Assembly (NCBI GenBank): GCA_030750665.1
Contig: JASMHR010000001.1
Location: 1 to 60,920, forward strand
DNA length: 60,920 nt
Direction: 5' to 3'
From: Candidatus Poseidoniaceae archaeon
GTDB lineage: Archaea > Thermoplasmatota > Poseidoniia > Poseidoniales > Poseidoniaceae
The position numbers and the translations under genes were made by a program. This document shows, piece after piece, positions 48,301-57,434 of the stretch. How positions within the stretch are numbered: the stretch's first letter is position 1; every line of letters begins with the position of its first letter. The notes under the pieces were generated by a model, which was not told the origin of the DNA, did no database searches, and saw nothing but the letters and a program-made list of their open reading frames with translations.

Positions 48301-49374
48301 CCGGCGCCATGGGCAGAGATTGAATCAGACAATTTCATTCTCAGTGTTCCCGCTGCTGACATACGTTCTTTGGATACCCCGAATGCAACCATGGATTTCT
48401 GGGACCAGGCTCTCTCGATGGAACACAACCTGTCGGGCTATACTCCTTGGCCGCGAGTTGAAAGGGCAGTTTTTGATGTGCAGATCAGCGCTGGTTGGAT
48501 GCACAGTGGCTATCCGTTCATGGCCCATACCGCTTCTTCAGCAGGGGTGCTGAATTCGACACAAATGTGGAGTCAAGGCGATTGGGGAATGTTCCATGAA
48601 CTTGGGCATAACCATCAGTGGATGCCATCCACTCTTCCCGGAAATACTGAGACAACCTGTAATCTCTATTCAGTGAAATTGATGACTGAATTGGTTGGAG
48701 TTGATCTGGGAGCAGGTCATGCGGCTATGAATACCCAGAGTAGGGAGACTCGGACCGAGAGTTATTTCCAGAGTGGTAGTCAGATATCATCTTGGAGTGT
48801 ATGGACTGCTTTGGAGACTCACATCCAGATCCAGGAAGCATTTGGATGGGGTCCGATAACCGAGGCACTGAGTGCATATTACACGATGAGCGACCCTCCT
48901 AGTGGAGATAGCGAAGAATTCAATCGTTGGGTAGTTGAATTATCATTGACCACCGGCTATAATCTTGCACCATATCATGAAGCATGGGGATTCCCATTGA
49001 CACAGGTGACCAGGGATTCATTGACTCACTTGCCAGTATGGGTAGACGATCCGCTTCGAGGTTGGGTCTACGAGTATGATGCAATATTCCGCAACGAGTC
49101 TTCGAACAATATCTCCAGCAACAGTGCTGATATCGAATGGGATACATATGACAATGGCACCAATACCAATCTGAGTGTGTGTTGGGGTCTTTTCGATGGC
49201 GGGACCAGTAGAGCCGCATGGACCACCTGTGCTGATGCAGGTTCTTCTTCAGTAGGGCATCAGAGTCATTCCTTGAGCGGATTATTGACTTCCACGACCT
49301 ATTATTTCCGAGTCGTAGGCGATAACAACAATGGCGATACTTGGTCCGATGTAGCCAGTTTCACAACTTTGTGA
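45337..49374 (+). CDS. M60-family (TCAF/enhancin-like) zinc metallopeptidase with putative Ig (He_PIG) repeats and C-terminal Fn3-like domain
   Basis: About five P.LP.GL......G.ISG...ANN.GG repeats; TGLYA..GE, FGG.I.I, PWAE, DVQISAG.MHSGYP, WG.FHELGHN.Q and E.TCN motifs. Confidence 0.9.
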   Translation: MNVRHHLRCSVENKGTVTAAIVLVGLLTASGAVIYTQNLKEPEVVLICGEDEIKVDGECIIDEVDIIPIDVECSSLEVEVEEGCRPLTPPTQLDFGVEEFKFHIGDSIHLIPSFSGDGPDHWAVNPPLPNGLNINSDSGEISGVVLEIQYSATYTIIASNDAGIATFNLSIIVVDMPPGSLSYSSILHVFTVGVEINPLIPSLIGGGEVTDWEVSPPLPSGLSIDSIGWVEGMPQVVSPCGNHSINASNEAGSSTFNISICIHDQAPFGMFYPAAPHTFTVNTSIGPIVPWIEGGAVAEWEVEPSLPEGLTFDTSNGWISGISTTLVSSSIHTIWANNTGGSISTSVEVSIIDEPVRNLSYGVSEVDLAWQRSSVDLSPSWDGGAPVEWSISPELPSGLLFEEGRLHGDADTLHEWTNHTIWANNSGGSISLLLRLRIADMTPANISWENGTMFAVESNNSAFIRAFNEGPEIATWEVEPPLPIGLALQSNGSIEGLPNERTNWRTYHIWANNSGGSFESNLSIAVHDLDADWRDISAGVGILDYGSSWPSLILPLGEWSFPVAIDWNDRPIVSASHSGKGRIIGYGHEGMVAQQSGGNETTLSLNAIEWACGGTNKVVGLQVDYDHFEDELSAEGYVVYSNAWPSDLSSFDCFIGDFWNSYSDAENIALEIFISEGGGVVLGGHSWYWSYSNSDVAHQYPGNKIVRTTGLFVSSSSGSVSLDLRGDPPSEYHRTQNALEAVEKYFVDGELMSSGDKSIAGATLERVISQIPLDFDFVWSPVREMTNGTGWVQISSSNTFDLATGDPLDRLLLKIQDRLLYLLPPAELPYHPSTKDFPGDVLVNATRVNRTIEFNGTFAGLPSNFGYAGARADGRMGTGLYAAAGEVVNVTFPASIIGTGVNVLVGAHTDSLWGKDTLSRHPIIYRVFGVDNVTIQVGNAFGGAIFIRIPAGKTLEMFNVSIENAVLAPYWIQGETDLVLWNSTIRHHPAPWAEIESDNFILSVPAADIRSLDTPNATMDFWDQALSMEHNLSGYTPWPRVERAVFDVQISAGWMHSGYPFMAHTASSAGVLNSTQMWSQGDWGMFHELGHNHQWMPSTLPGNTETTCNLYSVKLMTELVGVDLGAGHAAMNTQSRETRTESYFQSGSQISSWSVWTALETHIQIQEAFGWGPITEALSAYYTMSDPPSGDSEEFNRWVVELSLTTGYNLAPYHEAWGFPLTQVTRDSLTHLPVWVDDPLRGWVYEYDAIFRNESSNNISSNSADIEWDTYDNGTNTNLSVCWGLFDGGTSRAAWTTCADAGSSSVGHQSHSLSGLLTSTTYYFRVVGDNNNGDTWSDVASFTTL

Positions 49375-50377
49375 CCTTCAGGTCAAGTACCACATGTCTG
49401 ATGTGAGGGGAGTAAGATTTCACATCCTCTAGATGGAGAACTTCGACTTTACAACCCAGTGTTTCGAACTCTTCAACGGTTGTAGAGACAAATGTTCCAT
49501 CTTCAAGAGATTCTTCTGTTGCATTCATGTGCACATGGATAACTCCGCCCTCAATTTTCAGGCATTCCACGGCCAGAGGCCACGCCTCCTTTGAGGAGGG
49601 TAGAAGACCCAGCAGAACACGGTCAGCCACACCTTTCAATAGCGGGGCAGTATCTTGATTATCTCCTCGTAGAATACGACAGCGTTCGGCAACCTTGTTG
49701 GCTGATAATCCCTTTGTCAGTCCTTCAATACTGTCTGGATTCATCTCGCATGCATGAACATATGATACTCCAGCATTGACCAGTAGAGGGATGCTGTAGT
49801 AACCGATTCCAGCGAACATATCGACTACAATATCGCCAGCGGAATCGGTGTTGCCCATCCTTCTTCTTTCAGTGATGTTTCCGCTGCTGAACATGACTTT
49901 GGTCACATCGAAGAGGTAGCGTACACCATTCTCAAGATGATTCACCCATCCATAGTTACCTAGCAGCATCTCCACTTGGCTTCGACGTTTTGGCCCGGAT
50001 TCTATCTCTGCCTGACGAGCCACTCTTTGGCAGTGAAGTGCTTGTGCTACTGCAATCCAAGTCGATTCATCACCATCCAATAGTGCATCTTGAGGTAGGA
50101 GCACCAGATCATCGAGAATCTCCCAGCGGCGAGGAGTTTTCATGTTCGGTAGTGCCTGTTGAAGACGTGTATGAGGATCAATTGCCATTCGAGGCTGGAA
50201 TTCCATCTTCTCGATTCGGCCAATATCGCATTGAATGGCGTCAGTCAAGGGCCATGCAACTTCGCCATCGAGTGATAATGGATGGAAAGAAGTGTCCAAC
50301 AGCCCCCTTTCCAGTGCCCATGAACGTGCATCATCGGCTCTGTGTGTGGGAACGATCAAAGCCGGCCTCAAACCCAT
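49361..50377 (-). CDS. Trm5/Tyw2 (Met-10+) family SAM-dependent tRNA transferase
   Basis: ENG..Y.FD.TKVMFS.GN.TER, DMFAGIGYY, E.NP, ADRV.LGL.P and VKSY.P motifs. Confidence 0.88.
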   Translation of the reverse strand: MGLRPALIVPTHRADDARSWALERGLLDTSFHPLSLDGEVAWPLTDAIQCDIGRIEKMEFQPRMAIDPHTRLQQALPNMKTPRRWEILDDLVLLPQDALLDGDESTWIAVAQALHCQRVARQAEIESGPKRRSQVEMLLGNYGWVNHLENGVRYLFDVTKVMFSSGNITERRRMGNTDSAGDIVVDMFAGIGYYSIPLLVNAGVSYVHACEMNPDSIEGLTKGLSANKVAERCRILRGDNQDTAPLLKGVADRVLLGLLPSSKEAWPLAVECLKIEGGVIHVHMNATEESLEDGTFVSTTVEEFETLGCKVEVLHLEDVKSYSPHIRHVVLDLKVTKL

Positions 50378-50454
50378 TTTCAGCACCTCCGGGCAGTACC
50401 CCCGTCGGATAGTCTGTTATATGGCAGGAGTGGGTCCTCCCCTTTGGGGAGACT

Positions 50455-53400
50455 ATGCGCGAGAGTCTAACAAGTGGCCGTTCGACAATTATTGTAATCA
50501 TCATTCTATTGATTTCAATGCAGTTTGCAGTATTGACTTTGGATGTAGATGAGGAAGCTTCCAGTTCTGCTAGAGATGATTTTTCTTTTGGTGATATTTG
50601 TGGAGCGACCGGTGGTGCCTGCGATCAGCTCAATCCATCGACTGATGGAACCCCAGCAGCTAAAGAATGGATTGAGGGTGATTATACCTTTGAGATGATC
50701 AGTACTTCACAGATAGGTTTGACAATGGAATGGGCTATGCATGAGTTCAACGATTCCAAGGTTGGTGGTCTGAATGCTCTTTTCCCATCGTTGCCTAGTG
50801 CAGCTGCTGAACAGTTCACGCAAAATGGGTTGCCAGCAGATTACCTACGCAACTTCTTTGGAACATCCGTCACTGGTGGCGAGACTGTCGATGAGATGAT
50901 TCTCAGCCAGACCGAATCTGCAGTCAGTGATTTGTTGAACAGTGGTTTTGGAGATATAGCGAATCTTGATGTTGAATACCTTGAGAGGGGGACTTTAGGT
51001 TCTGCAGACCATTGTTCCAATGATGCGGAGACGGATGCATTCAGCGAAGGGGCATATGCAGAAGACCCATACAATCCACCCATCTGTATCTCGATTTCTG
51101 CTACCATTGATTTGGCAACATCCAAATTCCAGTTGGCTGATTCAGCCGATTTGGATCTAGAGCGCTCCTATCAGGGTCTGTTGACAATGGGTTCTGAGAT
51201 TTCCACACCGTTTACAATCTTCGGGATGGTTGGGCACAAGAATGTCTTCGAGATTGAACCTCCTTCATATGCCACCATAGGTGCTGTGACTGGAACAGAC
51301 AACGCGCCAGGTTCTCTGCAATCTCGTTCGGATGGTTCATATTCCTATGATGTTGGCAGGTGGACAATCGATAATCGCGCTGCCAGCAATAATGATTCCA
51401 CATTGGAAGAGGATGTGACCTTGTCAATCGCCCGCAGGACGACATCAACGATTCCAGTCTCCATCGATACTGTGAATGATACCGCAGTGGATATCTCAGT
51501 GGTTCTGGATATGTCAAATGAAGATGCTGCAACACTGGATGTCTCAATCGAGTTGATGTATATTGATTCAACAACAATGGAGGAATGGGGAATCAGCATG
51601 GTCGACAACAGTTCTGGAGCCAGTATTCCTTGGGTGACTGCTGACGGAATTCGGATGGCAGAAGCGAATGGCCTTGTGGATATGAGTAATTTCACTGACA
51701 ATTTCCCTGTAGATGCGATAGCGGACGGAATCAGTGGCATAGTCGGTGAAGGTAAGGTTGAGATGGATACCCCTGAATGGCGAACCATCGCCGGGGTTGG
51801 AGGTCTTGATTTCCACCATATAGCAGGCTCCACATGTGGCGAATCGGACCCACCTAGCGACGACCATGATAGATATTGTGTTCAAGGGCAGAACGCAATG
51901 TCGGGCACATACCCTGTGTTATTGGAGTCAAGCAGTAATCAATTTCAATTCTCATTGCTCGATATGGCCAGTTCTTACATAGATCTGGATGACTTGGGCT
52001 TTGATCTCGATGTAATCACGAATGCTGACCTACAGACTATTCTGAATGCAGGTCTTTCCATTGAGACTGATATGGGGGCTGGATTCGTAACAGACATGAT
52101 TCCAGAAGATTTGCCACCAACCAATGTCGAGGTTCGTCTCATACTACCAGATTGGGTTGATACTGCTGATGGAACTGGAGAAGTGGTATTCACAGACAGT
52201 AATTCGGTGCTGGACATTGCGGGAACAAACCCATATGATTGGAGAAATCCAATATTGGATGGAGAAAATACGGTTTGTCAGGCCAACAAGATGAGTTGTG
52301 CTACTTTTGAGGTTGAGTTGGATGTCTCTAGATTTGCACTCCATGAATGGAGTCAAGAGGCAGAGATGGATTTCAGTGGGACTGCAACTTTCAAGTTGTA
52401 CAGGATGGGGCTGCCAGACGATGCACGTGATGCTTTGGCGAATGAAGATGCAACTTTGGATATGCCAGTGGTTCCTGCTGATTTGATTCGCCTGATAATC
52501 GATATCGGAGGAAGAATGAGTGAACCATACAATACCACGGTTCCATTGATGGATGATGATATGTATCTGGCGTTCACTCGTCAGGGAATCACGGATTTTG
52601 CTGCAAACCTTGGCGGAGTGATGACAGATGCCATTCACGAAGCCGGTAATGAAATGACCAAAGATTCTGGAAACAAAGTTGATTTCTCTCAGATAGAAGT
52701 GGTGAGCAAGGTTGGAGACCTTTTACCTCCAGAGAGTACGAATGTAGGTGACTCCAAGCCTATCGAACTCACTATTGAAATCAAACAGACCACTTTGAAA
52801 GTTGCATATGAAGGCGGTAGCAAGATGTCGATTACTACATCATCCATGCGTTCTCCAATGATTCCCTTCATCGAATCTTTGTCAGGAATCTTGGGTGAAA
52901 ATGGAATTGCTGCCAATGTGAAGACCGACAGTAGTGGTTTTGTGGTGGATGATAATGGTCAACCATTTGTGTTTGATATGGAAGGAGCAGATTTTGGTGA
53001 AGAAGCGGTCGATATCATTCCTGCGATGACCTTCTCGTTGATTCTACCTGCAGGTCTAGAATTCGGGACCTTTGAATCTTCAAATGGTCGCAGCACCATA
53101 ATTGACAGCGATGGCCGTCAGAAGGTCTCCTATACGATGCCAGAATCTGGTCAGACCGATACACTGTCGATATCTTTCGTCATCGGTTGGGCATTTTTGA
53201 TGCAGGAGATGTGGGGATATGGAGGAGTTAGCCTTGGTTTCATGGCTTTGATGTGGAGGCGAAGGAAGCGCAAGCGTGCCAAGAAATTGGATCGCCTTGA
53301 GGATGAATTTGCCAACAAGAATCGTTCAAAGATTTCTGAACGTCAATTCGCCGCAATGGGCGGTTGGGGAGATGAGGCCGGTGAAGCAGGTGCGCCGCCT

Positions 53401-53475
53401 GCCCCAGGTGCAGGATTCGGAGGCGACCTTGGAGGCGGCGACGATTTCTTCAACGATGCCTCTTGGAATAAATGA
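50455..53475 (+). CDS. Large acidic cell-surface protein with threefold internal repeat and C-terminal TM anchor
   Basis: N-terminal hydrophobic helix; (P/T)AD.(L/I)R motif three times about 270-280 aa apart; TM helix followed by RRRKRKRAKK. Confidence 0.75.
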   Translation: MRESLTSGRSTIIVIIILLISMQFAVLTLDVDEEASSSARDDFSFGDICGATGGACDQLNPSTDGTPAAKEWIEGDYTFEMISTSQIGLTMEWAMHEFNDSKVGGLNALFPSLPSAAAEQFTQNGLPADYLRNFFGTSVTGGETVDEMILSQTESAVSDLLNSGFGDIANLDVEYLERGTLGSADHCSNDAETDAFSEGAYAEDPYNPPICISISATIDLATSKFQLADSADLDLERSYQGLLTMGSEISTPFTIFGMVGHKNVFEIEPPSYATIGAVTGTDNAPGSLQSRSDGSYSYDVGRWTIDNRAASNNDSTLEEDVTLSIARRTTSTIPVSIDTVNDTAVDISVVLDMSNEDAATLDVSIELMYIDSTTMEEWGISMVDNSSGASIPWVTADGIRMAEANGLVDMSNFTDNFPVDAIADGISGIVGEGKVEMDTPEWRTIAGVGGLDFHHIAGSTCGESDPPSDDHDRYCVQGQNAMSGTYPVLLESSSNQFQFSLLDMASSYIDLDDLGFDLDVITNADLQTILNAGLSIETDMGAGFVTDMIPEDLPPTNVEVRLILPDWVDTADGTGEVVFTDSNSVLDIAGTNPYDWRNPILDGENTVCQANKMSCATFEVELDVSRFALHEWSQEAEMDFSGTATFKLYRMGLPDDARDALANEDATLDMPVVPADLIRLIIDIGGRMSEPYNTTVPLMDDDMYLAFTRQGITDFAANLGGVMTDAIHEAGNEMTKDSGNKVDFSQIEVVSKVGDLLPPESTNVGDSKPIELTIEIKQTTLKVAYEGGSKMSITTSSMRSPMIPFIESLSGILGENGIAANVKTDSSGFVVDDNGQPFVFDMEGADFGEEAVDIIPAMTFSLILPAGLEFGTFESSNGRSTIIDSDGRQKVSYTMPESGQTDTLSISFVIGWAFLMQEMWGYGGVSLGFMALMWRRRKRKRAKKLDRLEDEFANKNRSKISERQFAAMGGWGDEAGEAGAPPAPGAGFGGDLGGGDDFFNDASWNK

Positions 53476-53528
53476 GCAACGAAACAACCTCAGATTCAGC
53501 CTTTCTGTGGAGTCAGGTTTTCTGATAT

Positions 53529-55658
53529 TCACCTGAGCAAGGAATGCATCCTCAATGTGAGTGCTTTAGAGGCCTTGGGGCATTCTGCGCTGGTGAACAG
53601 ATGAATTGCTTCTCTCCAGCAGGAGAGTCGTTCATCCTTGAGTAGCATTCCCCGCCAGCACCAGACCATAGCGGCTAATCTACGTCCCAATCTTGAGGTA
53701 CTGATGTCTTGCAATTCAAGACCATCTAGAGCTGCTATTTTCTCTTCATCCTCAAGGTTGTGAAGAGTCATCAGTCTGAGTGATAAATTTCTGAGCGGGT
53801 TGTCAGAGGAGAATGAAGTCTCACCCTCAAAGTGGATATTTGCTCGACAAGCAAGATCACTGACTATTGGGTCATCATCTCCAGCGATGTTTTCCAGACC
53901 TTTTCTGACCTGTGCTGCAGAATCAGCATCGTTGCGGTTCAATGCAATCCAATGATTGAGTGAGGCTATTGCGACTAGAGCACGTTTTCTTTCCTCGGTG
54001 TCCAAGTCGGTAAGGCTGATGGAATTGATCAATTTCTCAGCATCTTGGCTCGGAACTGGGTCATCATCATCGGGCAGAGAGTCTTCCAATAATCGGGTTG
54101 CTTCTGATATCTGCAGTTTGACTTTATCCAATCCAGTCGCCCTATCAATTGCTTCTAGAATATGTTTCTCGGCTTCATCGAGCAGACCTTTCTGCCTTGC
54201 GACCCTTGCTAATAGTTCGAGCGGAGCATCAATCATCATTGCTAATTCTTTTGCTGCATGTTCGGCTTCTCCTCTCTCAAGTGCAGTATGTACTGCTATC
54301 GACTTCAATTGCATAGCATCTGGCCATCTTTGGCATGCATCATCAACCAATGTTGCCACAGCAGCGCTATCAAACAACAACAAGGAGTCTACATGGATGT
54401 CCAAGTATTCGGTAATGTTAGCTTCAAGCGCATTATTTCTCATGTGCAATTCGATGAGCCTGGCCTGTTCTCCGGAGACAGTGGACCAGTTGTCAGCCGC
54501 TCTGGAATGGATGGCAAGAGATTCTTCTTCGTTCCATGTCTCTCTTCTGACATTCCTTACCAGATGCTGAAGTTCTACTCTTTGGTCGTGAGACCATCGC
54601 AACAGTGCATGGTCATCTAGGATATCGACTCCTTCGGTTGTCGACAGATGCTTGAGTTCGACCGGTGCGGGTAGCACTGCAACCTCATCAAGAGTGGGCA
54701 TTGACTCTTCAGGAATACATGTCAGTACAGTCTGTTCCACATATCTTCTGATATGAGCTCCAGCAAGAGGTTGTTCAGGATTCCACATATGCAATGCAAG
54801 CGGATGTCCGCCAAGGTGTTCAATCGCCTTCAATGCCGTTTCTTCATCGATTTCTCCACCGAGGATTTCCATCGCTGCTTCATCATTCACCTCTTCGATG
54901 CTGAACACTTCACCAATCTCAATCATTGATGGTGCTCGGGAGATCAACATCATTCTCTGTTCGTTGGATTGTAAAGTCTCAATCATCTTCTTGACGCCTT
55001 CAAGATGCCTAGCATGCAGGTCTTGTAAATCGTCTATGACCAGTAAGTCTCCTTTGCACCGGTCACTCAACCATGATGCCAATGCGGTTGGCTCCTCAGG
55101 AACTTCGGCCCCTTCCATCATACGCTGTGCAAGGCTGTTTGCATCGTCGAATGTGGTTGCTCTGGCCCATCTACTGTTGATCTTCTGTTTAGCCAAGCGT
55201 TGAGATATTTCCCTTGCCAGAACAGTCTTGCCAATACCTGCAATTCCAACCACTGTGAATGAGTCACTTCCTGAATCAAGGATTTTTTGAATCAGTTCAT
55301 CACGACCCTTGAGTTCAGTAGCTTCGGGATATTCGCCTTTGAGTGAACCCCTGCGCTGCGAACTCTCCTCGAAAGTATCAGGAAGTTCTTCCAGTGCTTT
55401 TCTCCCAAATTCAGTCAAATGGTAGACGTTTCTGCGACGAGAACCCCCCCCTATGACATGTGCCAATCTGCAGATGATCAGGTCTTCTTCCAGCAAAGTG
55501 TTGATCGGTGCATGCAATGCTGATCTCACCACGCCCATTGCTTCGGATATTCCTGGAAGAGAAATCTCTCTCGGAACATCCCACGCCTCTGAAAGACTCG
55601 ATGAGAACCTTCCCAGCCAACGAAGTACTCTGCCCTGAGATGCGCTGAGCATGAACAT
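53529..55658 (-). CDS. HTH + STAND/NB-ARC-like NTPase + helical (TPR-like) protein
   Basis: N-terminal wHTH (RRRNVYHLTEFG); GRDE, GIAGIGKT, LLVIDD, ISR and GGHPLAL (GxPLA) motifs. Confidence 0.82.
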   Translation of the reverse strand: MFMLSASQGRVLRWLGRFSSSLSEAWDVPREISLPGISEAMGVVRSALHAPINTLLEEDLIICRLAHVIGGGSRRRNVYHLTEFGRKALEELPDTFEESSQRRGSLKGEYPEATELKGRDELIQKILDSGSDSFTVVGIAGIGKTVLAREISQRLAKQKINSRWARATTFDDANSLAQRMMEGAEVPEEPTALASWLSDRCKGDLLVIDDLQDLHARHLEGVKKMIETLQSNEQRMMLISRAPSMIEIGEVFSIEEVNDEAAMEILGGEIDEETALKAIEHLGGHPLALHMWNPEQPLAGAHIRRYVEQTVLTCIPEESMPTLDEVAVLPAPVELKHLSTTEGVDILDDHALLRWSHDQRVELQHLVRNVRRETWNEEESLAIHSRAADNWSTVSGEQARLIELHMRNNALEANITEYLDIHVDSLLLFDSAAVATLVDDACQRWPDAMQLKSIAVHTALERGEAEHAAKELAMMIDAPLELLARVARQKGLLDEAEKHILEAIDRATGLDKVKLQISEATRLLEDSLPDDDDPVPSQDAEKLINSISLTDLDTEERKRALVAIASLNHWIALNRNDADSAAQVRKGLENIAGDDDPIVSDLACRANIHFEGETSFSSDNPLRNLSLRLMTLHNLEDEEKIAALDGLELQDISTSRLGRRLAAMVWCWRGMLLKDERLSCWREAIHLFTSAECPKASKALTLRMHSLLR

Positions 55659-55664
55659 CCTGTA

Positions 55665-57434
55665 GTGGCATGGTTCTTTGTGGTTCACCTTTCCCGTGCG
55701 GTTGTGCCAGTCTCTGTAAACAGCATCGACCTTCCGCGTTCTCCGGGAGTATATCTGTTCAAAACAGTGGATGGACGAGTATTGTATGTCGGCAAGGCAA
55801 CGGACCTGAAATCCCGAGTTCGCTCCTATTTCTCAATAAATCCAGATAGGTTGATGATTCCAGAATTGGTGAAGGGAGCAGATGAGGTATCGTACATAGT
55901 AACCAACAATCCAAGCGAAGCGTTGGTCCTTGAGAGGCAATTGATACGCGAACACAAACCTCGCTACAATTCGATGCTCAAAGATGACAAATCATTTCCA
56001 TTCTTGGTTTTGACCGAGGGCGATTCTCCTCGGATGATGTACACTCGAAATCCACCTGCTAGTGGCCGTCGATGGGGTCCATTTCCAGATGCAGGTGCAA
56101 CCAAGAGGATGTTGCAGTTGTTTCGTCGACAATTTGGAATCAGAGATTGCAAGGAGTTACTTCCTCAAGGATGTTTATCGATGCATATCGGTCTTTGTGC
56201 AGCCCCTTGCATTGACAATATTGGATATCAGTCAAGGGTTGAGGCTGCAGCCAAAGTACTCGATGGAGATGCACAAGAGTTGTTGAGCGAATTGGTGGTC
56301 GAGATGCAGGGACTTTCGGATTCGATGCAATTTGAAGAAGCAGGTAAGGTTAGGGACCTTGTTGCTGCGGTTCAGAAGACCCTTTCACAGCAGGTTATCA
56401 GCAGCCGTTTCTATCGCGATTGCGACGCACTTGGTTTTGCCAGTAGGGGCGATTTATCGATGGTGGTTGTCATGCAGGCCAAAGATGGAATCATTCAATC
56501 TCAGGAATCATGGGTGATGATCCATCGAGATGATATCGGTCAAACTGTGTCCCGATTCATATCTGAGCATTATGCTGAACGCACCCCCCCTCGCTTGATT
56601 CTGTCTCCTACCCCTCTTGTCGATTCTGTTTCAGCGTGGCTGGAGGAGAGGCGAGGGGGTCCTGTGGAGGTCAGAGTGCCGCATCGGGGTGATTTGGCTA
56701 CTTTGCGTAAATTGGCGGATCAGAATGCAGAGGTGCAGATTGAAAGGCAGGGTAGAAAACAATCCGGCAGTCTAGAGAAGCGTGCCGCCGATGATGGAGC
56801 CCGATTGCTCGGAATGGAGAACCTGAATCATATCGTCTGTTTCGACATGGCTCAATTGCAGGGGGACGAGAAGGTAGGGGCCTGCGTCGTGTTCCGAAAC
56901 GGAAGACCGAGCAAGAAAGAGTATCGAACCTACATCGTCAAACAGGACGTCAAAGATGACCTTCGAATGATGCGAGAAGTTGTCGAACGTTGGTTGAAGA
57001 AGCAGGATGACTGGCCGGATCTATTGATTCTTGATGGTGGTGAGATTCACCTGAAAACCATTGAGGAGATGTTGAATGAGCATGGGGTTGTAGATCGTTT
57101 TCAATTGGCTGCGCTGGCAAAAAGGGAGGAGACGCTGCATCGGCGTGGCGCGGAGCCACTTGTTCTTGACAGAATGGGGAGGGTCATCGTACATGCTCGA
57201 GACGAAGCACATCGTTTTGTCAATTCATATCACAGAAAACGTCGAGGTAAGCGTACTCTGAAAGATCCGTTGGAGGAGATAGAAGGTCTTGGAGCCAAGA
57301 AATTACAAGCATTGTTGCGTCATTTCGGAGGTCGTAAGGGAATTGAACACGCCAGCACTTCGCAACTGCAGAAGGTTCCAGGAATCGGTCCATCTCTAGC
57401 ACAGCGAATCCGGTTTCATCTCAATGGCTCATGA
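55665..57434 (+). CDS. uvrC: Excinuclease ABC subunit C (true start possibly GTG at 55704)
   Basis: PGVY.F, YVGKA..LK.RV.SYF, EAL.LE..LI..H.PRYN..LKDDK, FE.A...RD, CFD, PDL..LDGG, RDEAHRF and HhH motifs. Confidence 0.96.
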   Translation: MAWFFVVHLSRAVVPVSVNSIDLPRSPGVYLFKTVDGRVLYVGKATDLKSRVRSYFSINPDRLMIPELVKGADEVSYIVTNNPSEALVLERQLIREHKPRYNSMLKDDKSFPFLVLTEGDSPRMMYTRNPPASGRRWGPFPDAGATKRMLQLFRRQFGIRDCKELLPQGCLSMHIGLCAAPCIDNIGYQSRVEAAAKVLDGDAQELLSELVVEMQGLSDSMQFEEAGKVRDLVAAVQKTLSQQVISSRFYRDCDALGFASRGDLSMVVVMQAKDGIIQSQESWVMIHRDDIGQTVSRFISEHYAERTPPRLILSPTPLVDSVSAWLEERRGGPVEVRVPHRGDLATLRKLADQNAEVQIERQGRKQSGSLEKRAADDGARLLGMENLNHIVCFDMAQLQGDEKVGACVVFRNGRPSKKEYRTYIVKQDVKDDLRMMREVVERWLKKQDDWPDLLILDGGEIHLKTIEEMLNEHGVVDRFQLAALAKREETLHRRGAEPLVLDRMGRVIVHARDEAHRFVNSYHRKRRGKRTLKDPLEEIEGLGAKKLQALLRHFGGRKGIEHASTSQLQKVPGIGPSLAQRIRFHLNGS

